Part shown: positions 25,535-38,600 of the stretch, in pieces
Layout of the letters: each line of letters begins with the position of its first letter
How positions within the stretch are numbered: the first letter of the stretch is position 1
Assembly (NCBI RefSeq): GCF_009834535.1
Contig: NC_045696.1
Span: 59,460,001-59,524,000, forward strand
From: Camelus ferus
Lineage: Eukaryota
Reading direction: 5' to 3'
DNA length: 64,000 nt
Position numbers and translations under genes: made by a program
Notes under the pieces: generated by a model
Seen by the model: the letters and a program-made list of their open reading frames with translations, nothing else
Told to the model about the DNA's origin: nothing
Databases searched by the model: none

Positions 25535-26560
25535 TTAAAGATGTTTATTATGGTTATGTTGAAAGTCTTGTCTGCTAACTCATAGCCTGATCATTTCTCG
25601 ATTTGTTTCTATTGACTGCTTATTTATTTATTTTATTATTAGTCACTTTTTCCTGCGGCATATGTCTGGTCATTTACTAGTTATTATAGATGGTGTATTT
25701 TACAGACCCTTGATTAGGTTATCCTTCTCCAAATATTGTGAAGCTTTGTTCTGGGAAGCAGTTAAACTATAGATCTTGATCCCGTTGAGCCTTGGTTTAG
25801 GCTTTGCTGTGGCCAGTCTCCTTCCATCTTCTCATTAATCCTCAAGTGCAGCCCTGATTCTTAGGACGCTGTTCTTACTCTTACAGCCTGGTCTTCCTAG
25901 GGTCCCAACTGAGTGTCCAGAGTGTACAGCAAAGTCTCATCATACTGTTGGATTTAGAACCCCTAACATTCCCCCAGCACTGTGTGTCCCCTAACATTTT
26001 TCTGTTCAGCTCTCCACCTCCCAGACCTGTTCTCTTCTAGAGCTTCTGGAGTCTTACCTGGCCTATGCATAGCTTAGGATTTGGCCAAGGACCTGATGGA
26101 AGTTTTAGTGAAGACTTTTAGGGCTCCTTTCATAGCTCCCTCCTCTCTAACTTCCAGTCACCCTAATTGCAGCCACCTTACTAGCCCTGAGCACGAATCT
26201 CTTGTTTTTACACCATTAAAACTGCTGCTTTCAGGGGGAGGCGGGGATAGCTCAGTGGTAGAGAACATACCTAGCATGCATGAGATTCTGGGTTCCATCC
26301 CCAGTACCTCCATCATAAATAAATAAACCCACTTACCTCCCCTGCAAACAAACAAACAAACAAAAAGACTACTACTGTCTGCTCGGCTCCTGTTTCTCTG
26401 CTCCACAGTGTGGAAAACACCCTCAGGGAAGAAGCCAAGGTGACAATGGGGCTTACATTGTATGTTTCCCTTTTTTCAAGGATCATTGGCCTTTAACTAG
26501 TTTACATGTGGCAAAGTCTGATACCAGCTACCCCATCAAGAACAGACTGTAAGTCTCCAC
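25535..26560 (-). mobile_element. Ancient L1 (L1M) fragment interrupted by SINE
   Basis: T-rich tgtttattatggttatgttgaaagtcttgtctgctaactc... typical of antisense old L1. Confidence 0.45.
26234..26364 (+). mobile_element. tRNA-derived SINE, camelid Vic-1 type
   Basis: A box TAGCTCAGTGG, B-box-like GGTTCCATCCC, 3' ataaataaataaacccacttacctcccc, (CAAA)n tail. Degenerate TSD aaaactgctgctttc (26218-26232) / aagactactactgtc (26365-26379). Confidence 0.85.
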
Positions 26561-26699
26561 GTGAACTGTTTAAATAAAAATGCAAGAATATGAGAATCAC
26601 CTGCAGGGCTCTGCTGAATCACATAGTGCCTGGGAAGAAAACATTTTAGATAGTTCTGAATGAAGGCTAGGTTTGTGAACTACTATAGTAGATACTTGA

Positions 26700-27390
26700 G
26701 CAGTGAGTTTGGAGGAAAGAGAAATCGGTATGAGCTCAGTTGGTCAAAGAAGGCATCGAGAGGAGGTGAGACTTCAGTTGCATTTTGAAGAATGAAAATA
26801 ATTTGGATATTTGGATGTGGAGTATTTCAGGGAAGGAAAGATATGAGCTCACATATGAGTGTGGCAATGAGCATGTTATGATGTATTTACATGACAGTGA
26901 ATAGAATACAGCAGGAAAGGATACTTGGTGTAGGACGGTGGTGTGAAATAATTGGGGAAAGGCAGATTAGAGTCAACTCGGGGTAGGGAGGAGGTAGGTG
27001 CCTTGAATGCCAGAGTATGGAGATTGGATTTTGCATTGTAGACAACAGTGGTAACAATAATTTTGTGGGGCTTTCTGGTTCGAGGGAATGACAGGGTGAA
27101 AGGGTGTATTAGAGCAGTGAGCCTGGCGGGGGCTGATGGCTTTGTAGAAGGAAGGAAACAGAGTCATGGAGACCAGTAAAAGGGAGCAGTTTGGCAGGAG
27201 GGGCTGAGTGGTGAGTAGCAGTAGCAGTGGAAAGTGGAGGGTATATTTCAGAGTGATTTGAGGGAAGAAAGAACAAATGGGCTCTGGGGGTTGGGGTGAA
27301 GACGTGGGAAGTCAAGGGAAGGTAACGGTTTTCATAGAGAAGACAGAGTAGTTTAAGATGCTGGTTGAACATTAAAGAGACACTCATATT
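26700..27390 (-). mobile_element. L2 fragments
   Basis: ggtcaaagaaggcatcgagaggaggtgagactt...gccttgaatgccag...ggattttgcattgtagacaacagtgg. Confidence 0.55.
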
Positions 27391-27464
27391 GAATCTACAG
27401 GCACCACGTTACTAGGAATAACCTGAAATTCAGGTGTGCATTTGGGAGACAATTTGATGATGAT

Positions 27465-27925
27465 TTAAAAGTGTGGACTTTGGAGTCATACAAATTTAGA
27501 TTTGAGTTGTTAATATGCCATCCTGACTGTGTGACCTTGGCCAAGTTATTGAATCTCTCTGAATCGGTTTTTTCAACTAGAGGAAGGTGGTGATGATGGT
27601 ATCTACTACCTTGTAGGGCTGTTATGAGGCATGAGATAATGTGTATAAAGCTCATTGTGCAGAGCCGGGCACATATTTATTCTTGTCAGTTATCAGGGAA
27701 GTTAAAGTCAGAGAGCACCCTGGAACAGAGGAAATTGGGTTCAGATGGACACTAGATTCTAAATTTATCTCTATCACTTACAAGCTGTGTGATCTTAGGC
27801 AATTTACTTCAGCTCTTTGTGCTGAGTTTTCACTATGTCTAAAGTGGAATTAACAATACCTTCTTTTTGCATGATTATAAGGAGCATGTGAGATAACCAG
27901 TGGAGACACTTGGCACAGGAAATAC
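27465..27925 (+). mobile_element. Two tandem MIR SINEs
   Basis: gtggactttggagtca...ctgtgtgaccttggccaagttattgaatctctctga, then cacttacaagctgtgtgatcttaggcaatttactt. Confidence 0.75.
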
Positions 27926-28584
27926 TATTTGTGTGGCTGAAATTGTGAGCCTGGATGGATTTTCAAATGAACAGAGCTGATGCATAAAAGGCAGAGGGCT
28001 GAGGGCTAAGACTGAGACTATCCCAGTAAAGGTGTGCGGGACAAGGAAGAAAGCCATGAAGGGGCAGCTAGAGCAGTGGGGGGCAAGTTTGGATGAATCA
28101 GTGTAGAATTGAAGGATTGGCGAACTTTTGAAATTGTAGTGTTCCTCTTGTTTTTGTCACACTGAGACTAGACATGGTGTGTCAAGGCAGAGAGCGTGAG
28201 TGTGTGGGAGCACTGCTTCTCCTGGGAGAATTAGTGTTGGGCAGGGACTTGTCAAAGCAGAAAGGGGATGCTGACCACGTCTGCAGCTGGATGGCCTGCC
28301 CCTGAAAATGACCTGGTGCACAAAGCCAGAGTGGGTAGAGTTTCTGAAAGGACTGCATTGGATTCTGATGCAATATCAAAGGAAGGATCAAGAACTCAGA
28401 AGGGAGGAGGCAGTTAGTTTTCATGGTGGGTGCAGACTTAGGAAAACAGTAAAGGTAGAACATGTCACAAGAGGTAATAGATGGAGGGAAAACAAAGGCA
28501 TCAGGGGCAGAATATACTTCTGAAGGTTTGGGGATGATGGGAAGGGTAGACAGAATGAAGCTCTGAGCATTTTAGAAGGTGGAG

Positions 28585-28870
28585 CAACAGGGTTAAGAGC
28601 ATCAACACTGAAACTAGGCCTCCTGGGTTTGAATCTCAGCTCTGCCACTTATTAGCTTTGTGGCTTTGGGCAAGTTAATTAACCTCTCTGTGCCTTGGTT
28701 TCCCCGTATGTAAAATGGAGGTGATAATATTGGGGGTTAATATGGGGGACATAATTATGAGAATATTAAGAGGATTAAATGAGTTAACATAAGTAAAGTG
28801 CTTAGAAAAGGGCCTGGAACATTGTGAGATTTCAGCAAATGTCAGTTGGTATTACTATTGTTACCATTAT
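28585..28870 (+). mobile_element. MIR SINE (well preserved)
   Basis: ggttaagagc...ctgggtttgaatctcagctctgccactt...gggcaagttaattaacctctctgtgccttggtttcccc. Confidence 0.9.
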
Positions 28871-31800
28871 CTCTATGGCTGTCATTGAGAAAAGTTGAAA
28901 AGAGAAAGGAGAATGGAGAAAGGGAAGACAAGGAGAGAGACTGTGCACACAGAGTTTGGCTCTGCAGTACAGATGCCATACCTACCAAGAAGTCTTCTTC
29001 AACCCCACTAAGCATTCAGATGTAAAGACTGCTATGGGCCACCTTTGGTGCTATCTACTCAGGACGCTATAAGATGGGAGCTGTGGTTTCCCAGCAGGAC
29101 AGTCCCTGCAGCAGTCCAACTCAGGTGCAGGGAGACAAGATCCATGGCCTTGTAGAAGCTGCCAGGCCTCAAAACCCATGCCCCACAGGAGCCAGTGTCT
29201 TTTGTAACAACTCTACTGCTGCAGCTTCCAGGATCCCTGCAATGCACACACCGGACACAAGAGTCACCTCCCTCAGGGAAGACCAAGGAATAGTGTCCCC
29301 ATCAGGGATTTATAGTTCATTGATAGTCCTTCCAATCCAGAGATAGTTTACCAATCGAGAGTGTTTTTACCATTGGCAGCATAATTTAGTACCATGTTGG
29401 CACATACTCTCTGTATCTGTTTCCAGGGAAACAGGATTGGGGTGTGAACTGAAGGTTGGATTAGCATGCAGAAGGGGAAAGGGTTTTGTTAAGGGCTTGC
29501 TCACTGTGGGGCATTTGCCTGTTTAATAGAGAAACTGGGGCAGTTCTAGATGTGAGTAACGTTAGGATGTTAGATCTGAGATCTGGGAATTAAGGATTTA
29601 AGCAACATGCTAAGGAAACAAACAATAGCATGTCTCCAGGTCAGAGACACAGCTGGGCCAGTGAGACTGGTGTCCTGGCTGATTCCTGAGGCTACAGTGC
29701 TGAGGTCTCCCAGGGAACCAGGCTGAGCCATCCTCCCAGAGCAGCTGGATTTATAGTGAAAGATAAAAATGGCTTCCCTGTTACACAATATATAGAAGTA
29801 TGCCAGCTGACTTCCAGAAGCCTAAAGGAAAACAGGCAGAGCCCCAAACACCTTCTCTCCCCCAGTAGAAATTTATTGACGATCTCTCATGCACAAGTCC
29901 CAACTACCTCTCCTGTCTCTAGACACCAGTGTAAAGATGGTCTTCCCCAACCTTGGACTCCCTATGGCCTGCAAGCCTTGCAGGGTATAGAAGAGGCGAG
30001 ATGTCCAACTCCTTTCAGTGAGGAATTCTAGGAACCTAGAAACTTGGTCCAAATTTGAGGCTCCTTTATTTTTTCTCTCTTTACCCTGCTTTGGAAAAAC
30101 ATAAAAGCTCCATCCTGGTGGAGTGAAGAATTGAAAACAAGGGTTGAAGGGTCTTAAGAATCCTGAACCAGAACACACACATGGGGTCTATGTGTTGCCC
30201 TGTTTGCATGAGGACACGTGCCCAGGGTCAGTCAGAGTTCCTGTGAACTTTACAATTCTGCAATTGTAAAGTGGGAAATTTGCCCCTGGTTCCCACCCAC
30301 TTCTCATTTTAGGGCCTCTTCCCTTACGTCTAGGAATCTCCGCCACTGCATTTTAAGATCTCATCCCTGGAACATGCTCACAAAAGGCCTTGCTTTCTTA
30401 CTGAGCTGTTTCTGTATCTAGGATAAACTAACTCCAGGAGGAGTTGCAGGAATAATGCATTTTAATGGGAGTCTCTCCTGAGTGAAAAACTGTTAAGAGC
30501 CAAAAGGATTGAATCCCTAATAATGAAAGGGTTAGGGTGTAGCAGAGAGGATGGGGAAGGAGGGTTTGGCAGCAAGGCAGGATGGAGTGAGACCCATGGT
30601 CTGGCTACATTAGGAGGCCTGGAGGGCACCAGTGCCCTTGGGCATAATCCTGAGAGAGTGTGCGGGTCTCTGAGTCCTGTGTGGGCAAAGGCACCACAGG
30701 GCTCTGAGTGTGTGGAGGGTGGGGGCAGTGGGAGGATGCAGGGTGTCCCTGGTCTGTGCAGTGCCCTGTGGTCACCCTGGGGGAGTATCTCCAGGAGGGG
30801 TGGGCTGTGAGTGTTTGTGTCCAAGCTGCAGGTGTGATTCCCATTAGCCCATGGTGATTTTGCAGTAAGGTGAACATAGTGCAATTTTAGATCCATACCT
30901 TTCATCTGTTTTGTGCTCTAAAACAGAACATTAGGGAAATATGTGTAGTAGAATATGCTCACTATATAAATCTTAAAATCTATCAAGGGTGTAGTACTTA
31001 CCAAAGCATAAAGTCACTATCTTATTTGAATCTCACTTTTCTAAGGCTGAAATAGTGTAAATTGTTATCCCCATTTAGGTTTAGACCATTAACCTAACAT
31101 GTTAAAGTTTATGCAGCAAAATCTGCACTAGGACCCAAGTCTCCTGATTTGAAGCCTCTGCCGTTTGCGCTATAACTGACATATAATGCTTTATTGTGGA
31201 ATTGACTGCACACCAAGTTTCCAGATGTAGCAAGGCTCACTGGTGAGGAGGTTGTTAGTATTCTTTAGGGCACAGGCTTTTATGGATGGGTCACTGTAGT
31301 GTCCAGGCAGGGTACAGGGGACATAGGTGATATTGGAATGTGCATATTTAGTAACAAAAATCCATTGGTTGTCTTCTGTCCTCTCAATCAACTCATCATA
31401 CCTGAATATGAGCAACTTTAAAACCAATATAATCTAAATTGCAGACAGTATAAAATAGTAACACTAGGTGGTAAGGTGGTTTCAAAGTTAAAACTCTAAA
31501 TCAGATGCTGTTGCTAAATTTGGCAAATGAAGGAAAATAAGCCCAAGATCCTTATTTAATATCTTTGTTCTATAAAATAGTTTATGCTTCATTAAAAACA
31601 GAACAGAATGATAATAACCTTTTAGCTATCCCCGTCTTTAAAAGAAAAAGGGAAAAGATTTCTGTTTATTTTCCTAATTTTCATTTAAATAGATTCTTTT
31701 TATCATTTATTATATATTAAGAACCAGATTTTTATATTTTTACTGATTTTTAGCCAGGATAAAAAAAATTACTTAGCAAAAGATGAAAAAAAAAAAAAAA

Positions 31801-34179
31801 ACAACAACCAAGTAGCTTCTATGGAACATCCATCTTCTTAATGAGACAAAACTATGTTGGTTTCCAAACAAAGAGATAAATTTTCATTATTTAGACATGA
31901 ACTTTCCTCCTGAAGGAATTTTGTTGTTATATTGCATTTTGTTGAGCCTACCATTTGTAGCTTCTCAAAAGAAAAAAAAAAAAAGAGAGTTCAAAATGTT
32001 TGAAAACACTGTGGAGATATATTCTTTAGTTTTTCTGTTTTTATTTCAGATTTTTTGGGTCAGCCTAGTTCAAGTGTCTTGTGTCTTCCAGATACCCCAG
32101 CTCAAATAGATCAAATCATAAGATGTCCTAGCTGGAAGGGAGCTTAGAAAGGGTCAGCTTGTCTGGAGATTAGCAACTCCAGAGCCTGTGGCAAACTCGC
32201 TCATGCATTTCTTTCATTCACTAAGTATTTACTGAGAGAAGCAGAGTTGTTTGAATCAGCTGTCCCGGGCACTTGTGGGGCAGGCTGAGGAGGGCAGGAG
32301 GGGCTGGGTATTGGAGAATGAATGGCCCCATGTGAGGGACAGCATCTTACCACAGCTGGAGCCCCACAGTGCCCTGGTGGCTGCCTTCTAGGGGCCATCT
32401 GCTCTGTGGAGCCCAGGCAGAGGAGGTCCTACAGTCAAATGCAGGAGGTGGGCAGTGTCCCAAGAGCCTGGATCAATAGACACTTGGTGAATGTGCATTG
32501 GGCAGAATGAATGAAACCCATCCGGTGGGCTTCCCTTATCTCAACCTGTTTCCTGTCTGTAAATTGGGCCTGATGGAGGCAGTGAGATGACGCATGCCAA
32601 GGGACATTTTGAACTCTGAAGCAGCAGACAGATGTCAGGGCTGAGACTAAGAAGATGCCTTTCTCTGGCTATTGAAAACAATGCCAGTTTTCTCCCTGAT
32701 ATTCATTTTATTCAAAAGTTAGAAATGTGAGTTGTAGCAATGAATATGCATTCTGATCCAGGAGACTCAATAAAACTGTTTTTTATTTTGAATGAAAAAA
32801 TACATTCCATAAGTTTCCAAATTGAGCGTAAACCAAGATGCTTACCTCCATTCTGGAAACTGCTGTCTCTTACAAATGAGGAGAAGCTCAGAAATGAAAA
32901 GACAGGCTCATGGGTAGTTAGTGACAGAGCCAGGTCCAGACCTAGCCTAGTCCTCATCCCACTTAACTGCACACACACACAGAGGCACACACATGCACGC
33001 ACACACACACAAACACACACACATTCTTTCTCTGCAGCCATTTCCACCGCGTGCAACAGAAATGCTGGTGACCCTCGCAGACAGCTGGCTCACAATGGTG
33101 AGGGTCATATACAATTAGGCAGCAGATTCAAACCCAGAGAAGACTTGAGACGGTCCCTAGAAAACAGCCATGTTGGAGAGACCCTAGTTCCTGATATCAC
33201 GTAGACTGTCTGGCCCTTAGCTCAGGTCTTTGTCTCTCTGCCCGAGATGAGTATCACCTCTTTGGAGCACAGCCTCCAGTCTCCAGCATAGCTGAACTTT
33301 CCCAGGAGGTGCGGCCACTGGAGACATACCATGTGCGTGCTCCAATGTGGAAGGCAGATCTGTCTGAATGGCCTGGGCACGGACCTCATCGTGTGAGAAG
33401 TGCATTCAAGGAGGCGTCAAGTTCCCCCAGTACTCTCCACTCTTGCCTGCCTGTTAACTCACTGTTGTCGTCCCTTTCCTCCCTAATTGGCCTGTGTTCA
33501 GCTCTCCTTGCTCTGTAGTCCAGCAGGGACCTGGCGCCGGGCAATCTAATCATTCTGGTGCTAGCACATAACTCTCTGCTTATTAGCATTTCTAAATAGT
33601 CATTTAACAGAAAATAGAGGGAAGGTCACTTCTAGGCCACTGGGATTGCCAAGAAAGTATAAAGAGTGAGCCACTCTTCATCACAAGTTCCAAGGACTTC
33701 AGGCATTTCAGATTTTCATTAACTTTATTGATTCTTTTGTCCACAAAGAAAAGAGATGAGAAATTATTTTAAAATGGAATTGAGAGGCAGAATTTTATAG
33801 AAGAAAAATTAGACGATAAGCTTCCTTTAGACTCCTGAGACACTAGTCTTCTTCCCTCCTTGTCTTTAATAATAAAAATTTTTAAAAGCCCTGACTGAAT
33901 GCCTGTGGTGTGGGGTTGACTGTGACTGGAGGACCCAGGGTGGTGACCCAGCCTCCACAGGAGCCCCCAGCCTGGAACATCCTGTTACTCGAAAGTGAAG
34001 AGTGATCCTTTCCTCCTCTGTGTGTGTGTGTAGGTAGCCAGAGGTGATCTGGGTCATTCAAAAGGGAAAACCATCTCCAAATCACGCACATTTGCCTTGG
34101 GAAGGTGATGCGTTTATACTTAAGTGTGAGTTGTCATAGGCTCGATGTCTCTCTTGGGAAACCAGACATATAATTCTGC

Positions 34180-35130
34180 CCACAGCACACCTCTGCTTCC
34201 TAAGCTCTCCTAAGCCTCTCAAACTCAGCATCTAAAACGGAACCCGCTGTCTCCCCTCTTCCATCCCCTTTCTTACCTTCCTCTTGAGGAAGCATCCATA
34301 GGGTCACCTTCTCTTACAAGGACCCAGGGTGCTGTGCCAGACACCTGGCTGTTTTCCCTTTCTCTTTCTTGCCCTCTCTCCCTAACAGTTGTGAGTCCTC
34401 AGTCCCATTCCTAGTAGCTCTCATTCTGCCCCCTTGTCAGACTCCACAGCCACTCCCTACGTCCAGGTTTCCAGGTTCTCATCGTCGTTCCCCAAGGTTA
34501 CTGTAATAGCCTCCTAATCATTTTCACTGCTCCATCTCATCTTTCCAGTCCATATACCACGCTATTCTCAAAGCTCATGTTATACTTCACTGCTCAGCTT
34601 ACAAACCTCCACTGACATCTTGCTGCCCACAGTATATGGTCCAGGTTTCCTAAAGCTTGTGTCCAGGCCTCTCCATGCCCCCATCTCTTTCCTCAGCCTC
34701 ACATCAGGTCCAGAAGCACAGCAGTGGTGCTTTCAGATCTTCGACACACTGGGCTGCCCCACAATTCTGCCCCTTTAATCTCCCGTTTGCCTGGAGCTCA
34801 CATCCCACGCATCGCCACCTGGCTAATTACTTCCTGAGTCTAGGCTCAACTCAGGTGTCCCTTCCTCTGGGAAGCCCTGTCTGCTCTTCCCTGTCCCCAC
34901 ACCATCAAAAATGGGTGCTACCTTGGCCACATTGACCTTTATCTTGATAGATTTTGTCAGGTTGTGATTTTAACCAAGCCATATGTCAAGTAGTACTAAC
35001 ATTGTATCTGAGTCCATATTTGCTTTCCACACTGGTTTTAAGCCACTTAAACTCAAGAGCCACATATTAGTCATTTCTGGGACAATGCCTAGTATATACT
35101 GAGTTTCTGATAAAATTTGGTTAAATGTAA
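34180..35130 (+). mobile_element. L2 fragment
   Basis: ctcaaactcagcatctaaaac...ttactgtaatagcctcctaa...ggctcaactcaggtgtcccttcctctgggaagcc. Confidence 0.65.
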
Positions 35131-35379
35131 TTGAAAAAGTAAATTCACTTTTCTGTTTAAAGGGGAAAAAAATGGAATGAGTCTGCAGTTCTGCCTCTAG
35201 GACAGCTGGCGTGATCTTTGCAGCTTCTCAGACTACACCTGTGCTCCGTTCCTCCCTACTCTGCAGCAGCTGCAGCCTTTACCCCATGCCAAACTATGGA
35301 GCATGAGTTCCACGCAGAGCAGTCCTCTTCTCCAAAGGTTTCACATCTTTCCTTGCTATATCTCTTGACTGCTCTGGGC

Positions 35380-35680
35380 AGAAAATTACAGAAGGTCCAA
35401 CTTAAACAAGCTTGAATAATTAAGAGGATTTCTTGGCTCAGGTACTAAGAAGTCCAGAGATAAGGTGGAGATCAGGCAAGACATAATCAGGCCACTGCCT
35501 GTTTCCTGTTATTGTTTTAATTACACCTTTTCTCTGCCCATTGGCTTTACTCAAGCTGCCAGTGGAATGGCTGCAGCAATTTGAGGCTCAGGGGCACAAT
35601 GACAGTATCTGAGGAAGAGAAGTCGAATCTAAAGATTACAGTTCTGTTTTCCCAGAAGCTTCCAGCAAACTTCCCTTCAT
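35380..35680. mobile_element. MLT1 (MaLR) LTR, left part; appears to resume at ~39262-39500 after the L1 insertion
   Basis: aacttaaacaagcttgaataattaagaggatttcttggctcaggtactaagaagtccagag...cccagaagcttccagcaaacttcc. Confidence 0.55.
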
Positions 35681-38600
35681 TTTTTGTATATATTTGTGTG
35701 TGTGTGTAATATATATATTATTGAAGTATAGTCAGTTTACAGTGTTGTGTCAATTTCTGGTGTACAGCATAATGCTTCAGTCATACATGAACATACATGT
35801 ATTCATTTTTATATTCTTTTTTACCATGTTACTACAAGATATTGAATATAGCTCCCTGTGCTATACAATATAAACCTGTTGTTTATCTTTTTTATATGTA
35901 TTAGTTAGTATCTGCAAATCTCAAACTCTCAGTTTATCCCTTCTCACCCCCTTCCCCCTCGGTAACCATAAGTTTGTTTTCTATGTCTGAGTGTCTATTT
36001 CTGTTTTGTAAATAAGTTCATTTGTCTTTTTTTTTTCAGATTCCACAAGTGATATCATATGGTATTTTTCTTTTTCTTTCTGACTTACTTCACTTAGAGT
36101 GACATTCTCCAGGTTCATCCATGTTGCTGCAAATGGCATTATTTTATTCTTTTTTATGGATGAGTAGTATTCCATTGTATAAATATACCACAGCTTCTTT
36201 ATCTAGTGATCTGTCAGTGGACATTTATGTTGGTTCCATGTCTTAGCTATTGTCAATAGTGCTGCTATGAACATTGGGTGCATGTATCTTTTTGAATTAA
36301 AGTTTCCTCTGGATATATGCCCAGGTGTGGGACTGCTGGATCATAGGATATGTTCATTTTTAGGCTTTTAAGGAATCTCCATACTGTTTTCCATAATGGC
36401 TGCACCAAACTACATTCCCACCAATAGTGTAGGAGGCTTCCCTTTTCTCCACAACCTCTCCAGAATTTATCATTTATGAACTTTTGAATGATGGCCATTC
36501 TGACTGGTGTGAGGCAATAATTCACTGCAGCTTTGATTTGCATTTCTCTGGTAATTAGCGATAGTGAGTATTTTTTCGTGTGCCTATTGGCCATTGTATG
36601 CTTTCATTGGAGAATTGCTTATTTAGGTCTTCTGCCCATTTTTGTATTGGGTTGTTTGGTTTTGTTTTTGTTTTTTTATCTTATTAAGTTGTATGAGCTG
36701 TTTATATATTCTGGAAATTAATCCCTTGTCAGTCTCATTACAGTTAGCTCATTTCCAATTATGATTTTCTTGTTTCTATAGCTTCCTGCTTCTTTTCTGT
36801 TTAGAGTAGACCTTTCAATATTTCTTTTAGTATTGCTGAATTCTTTTAGTTTTTGCTTGTCTGTGAAATTCTTTATCTCTCCTTCTATTCTAAAGGATAG
36901 CCTTGCTGGATAGAGTATCCTAGGTTGCAGCTTTTTCTCATTCAGGACTTTGAATATATCTTGCCATTCCCTTCTGGCCAGCAGTGTTTGTGTAGAGAAA
37001 TCAGCTGAAAACCTTATGAGGGTTCCTTTTTAACTAACTCTTTGTTTTTCTCTTGCTGCCCTTAGAATCATTTCTTTATCTTTAACCTTGGCCATCTTAA
37101 TGATAATATGTCTTGGTGTAGGTCTATTTGGGTTCTTCTTGTTGGGGACCCTCTGTGCTTCCTGTACTTGACTTGGATATCTGTTTGCTTCTTTAGGTTT
37201 GGAAAGTTTTCAGTCATGATTTCTTCAAATACTTTTTCAATCCCCTTTTTTCTTTCTTCTCCTTCTGGGACCCCTATTATGCATAGGTTAACACACTTTA
37301 TATTACACTGTAGGTCCCTTATATTGCTTTCATTGGTTTTTACTTGCTTTTCTGTCTGTTGTTCTGATTGGGTGACTTCTGTTATCCTGTCTTCTAAGTC
37401 ACTTATTCATTCCTCTGCATTATCTAGTCTGCTTTTGACTGCCTTTAGCTCAGCTTTTATTTCAGCCATTGAGTTTTCTGTTTTTATTTGACCCCTTTTT
37501 ATAATTTCTATTTCCTTTTGATAGTATTCTCTGTCTCTATTCATAGTTTTTCTTATTTCCTTCTGTCCTTTTATCACCCCCTTTCTGAAGTCATGATCTA
37601 GTAGACTGTTGAGGTCTATCTCATTGTTCATGCTTTCAGGGGACTTTTCTTGTTCTTTTAATTGGGGTGGTTTCTCTGCTTCATAATTTTACTTATATTT
37701 CTCTGGCTCTTTGTATTTAGGAGTATCAGTTATCTACTGTGGTCTTGAAGGGCTGTTTTTATTTAAAGTGGGAGTGTTCCTGCGAAGACTCTGTGTATCT
37801 AATAGTTTTGTTGCAAGAGCTGTTCTTAGTATGGATGGTTGCCACATCTTTCTTCTGTGTGTGTTGGCTGTTATGCCTTTGATTCAGGGTGTGTTTGGTG
37901 CTGTGGGGATCAGAGCCTGCCCTGGCTGTTAAGCAGGGCCTCCTTTTTTGTTCTGTGGTTGTCACAGCCTTGACAGGGGCGAGGTCTGCTCCCCTGTTGC
38001 TGGAATAGAGGCTTCTAGACCCATTTCTGAGCTGTGGTGTATGGTAGCCATGGTTGGAGTGCTTCAGCTGTAAAGGAGGGTCACTGTGTATACCTCCGCA
38101 GGAGATGTCCACTGGAAAGTGCCCTCTGTGGTGTTGTCTGTCACTTGTTCTGCGGGCTTACAAAGTACTCTTTGATGATGCCAGCTTTGTCCCTGCCTTA
38201 GCTGCAGGAATGTCTCCCACAACCTCTGGTGTCTCTCAGGTTCTGGGACTCATGAACAACTGGTGCAGATCTGCCAATGTCAGGTGCTAGGATCCACCTT
38301 AGTGAATGTGCAGTCATACACCTGAATGCTTGGTGCACCACAGGTCATTGCAGGCCCCAGCACCGCCTCTGCATACAGTACACTTGTTGTAAATACCCAT
38401 ACTGGCCCCTGCCATGCACCAGAACTCTGCCCACTGCCTGTTTGTCTCAGACGCATGGGTCCACAAAGGATCCAGAGAGAGCAAAGCCACCCTCTCTGCC
38501 TGGGGCTGTAAACAAATCTCAGTTCTGCCTTTGAAGTTACAGGGCCATTGGGCATGGATTCAGCTCTTAGCCCCGCCTCCATGTAGCAGCAATGGCTATG

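Noticed and set aside
26234..26320. tRNA-like sequence as a real tRNA gene
   Set aside because: Degenerate B box, SINE-specific 3' region, A-rich tail and TSD identify it as a SINE.
31191..31427. ORF with TYVPC..H reminiscent of the hAT transposase CxxH region
   Set aside because: Spacing and context do not fit convincingly. It cannot be supported without an HMM search.
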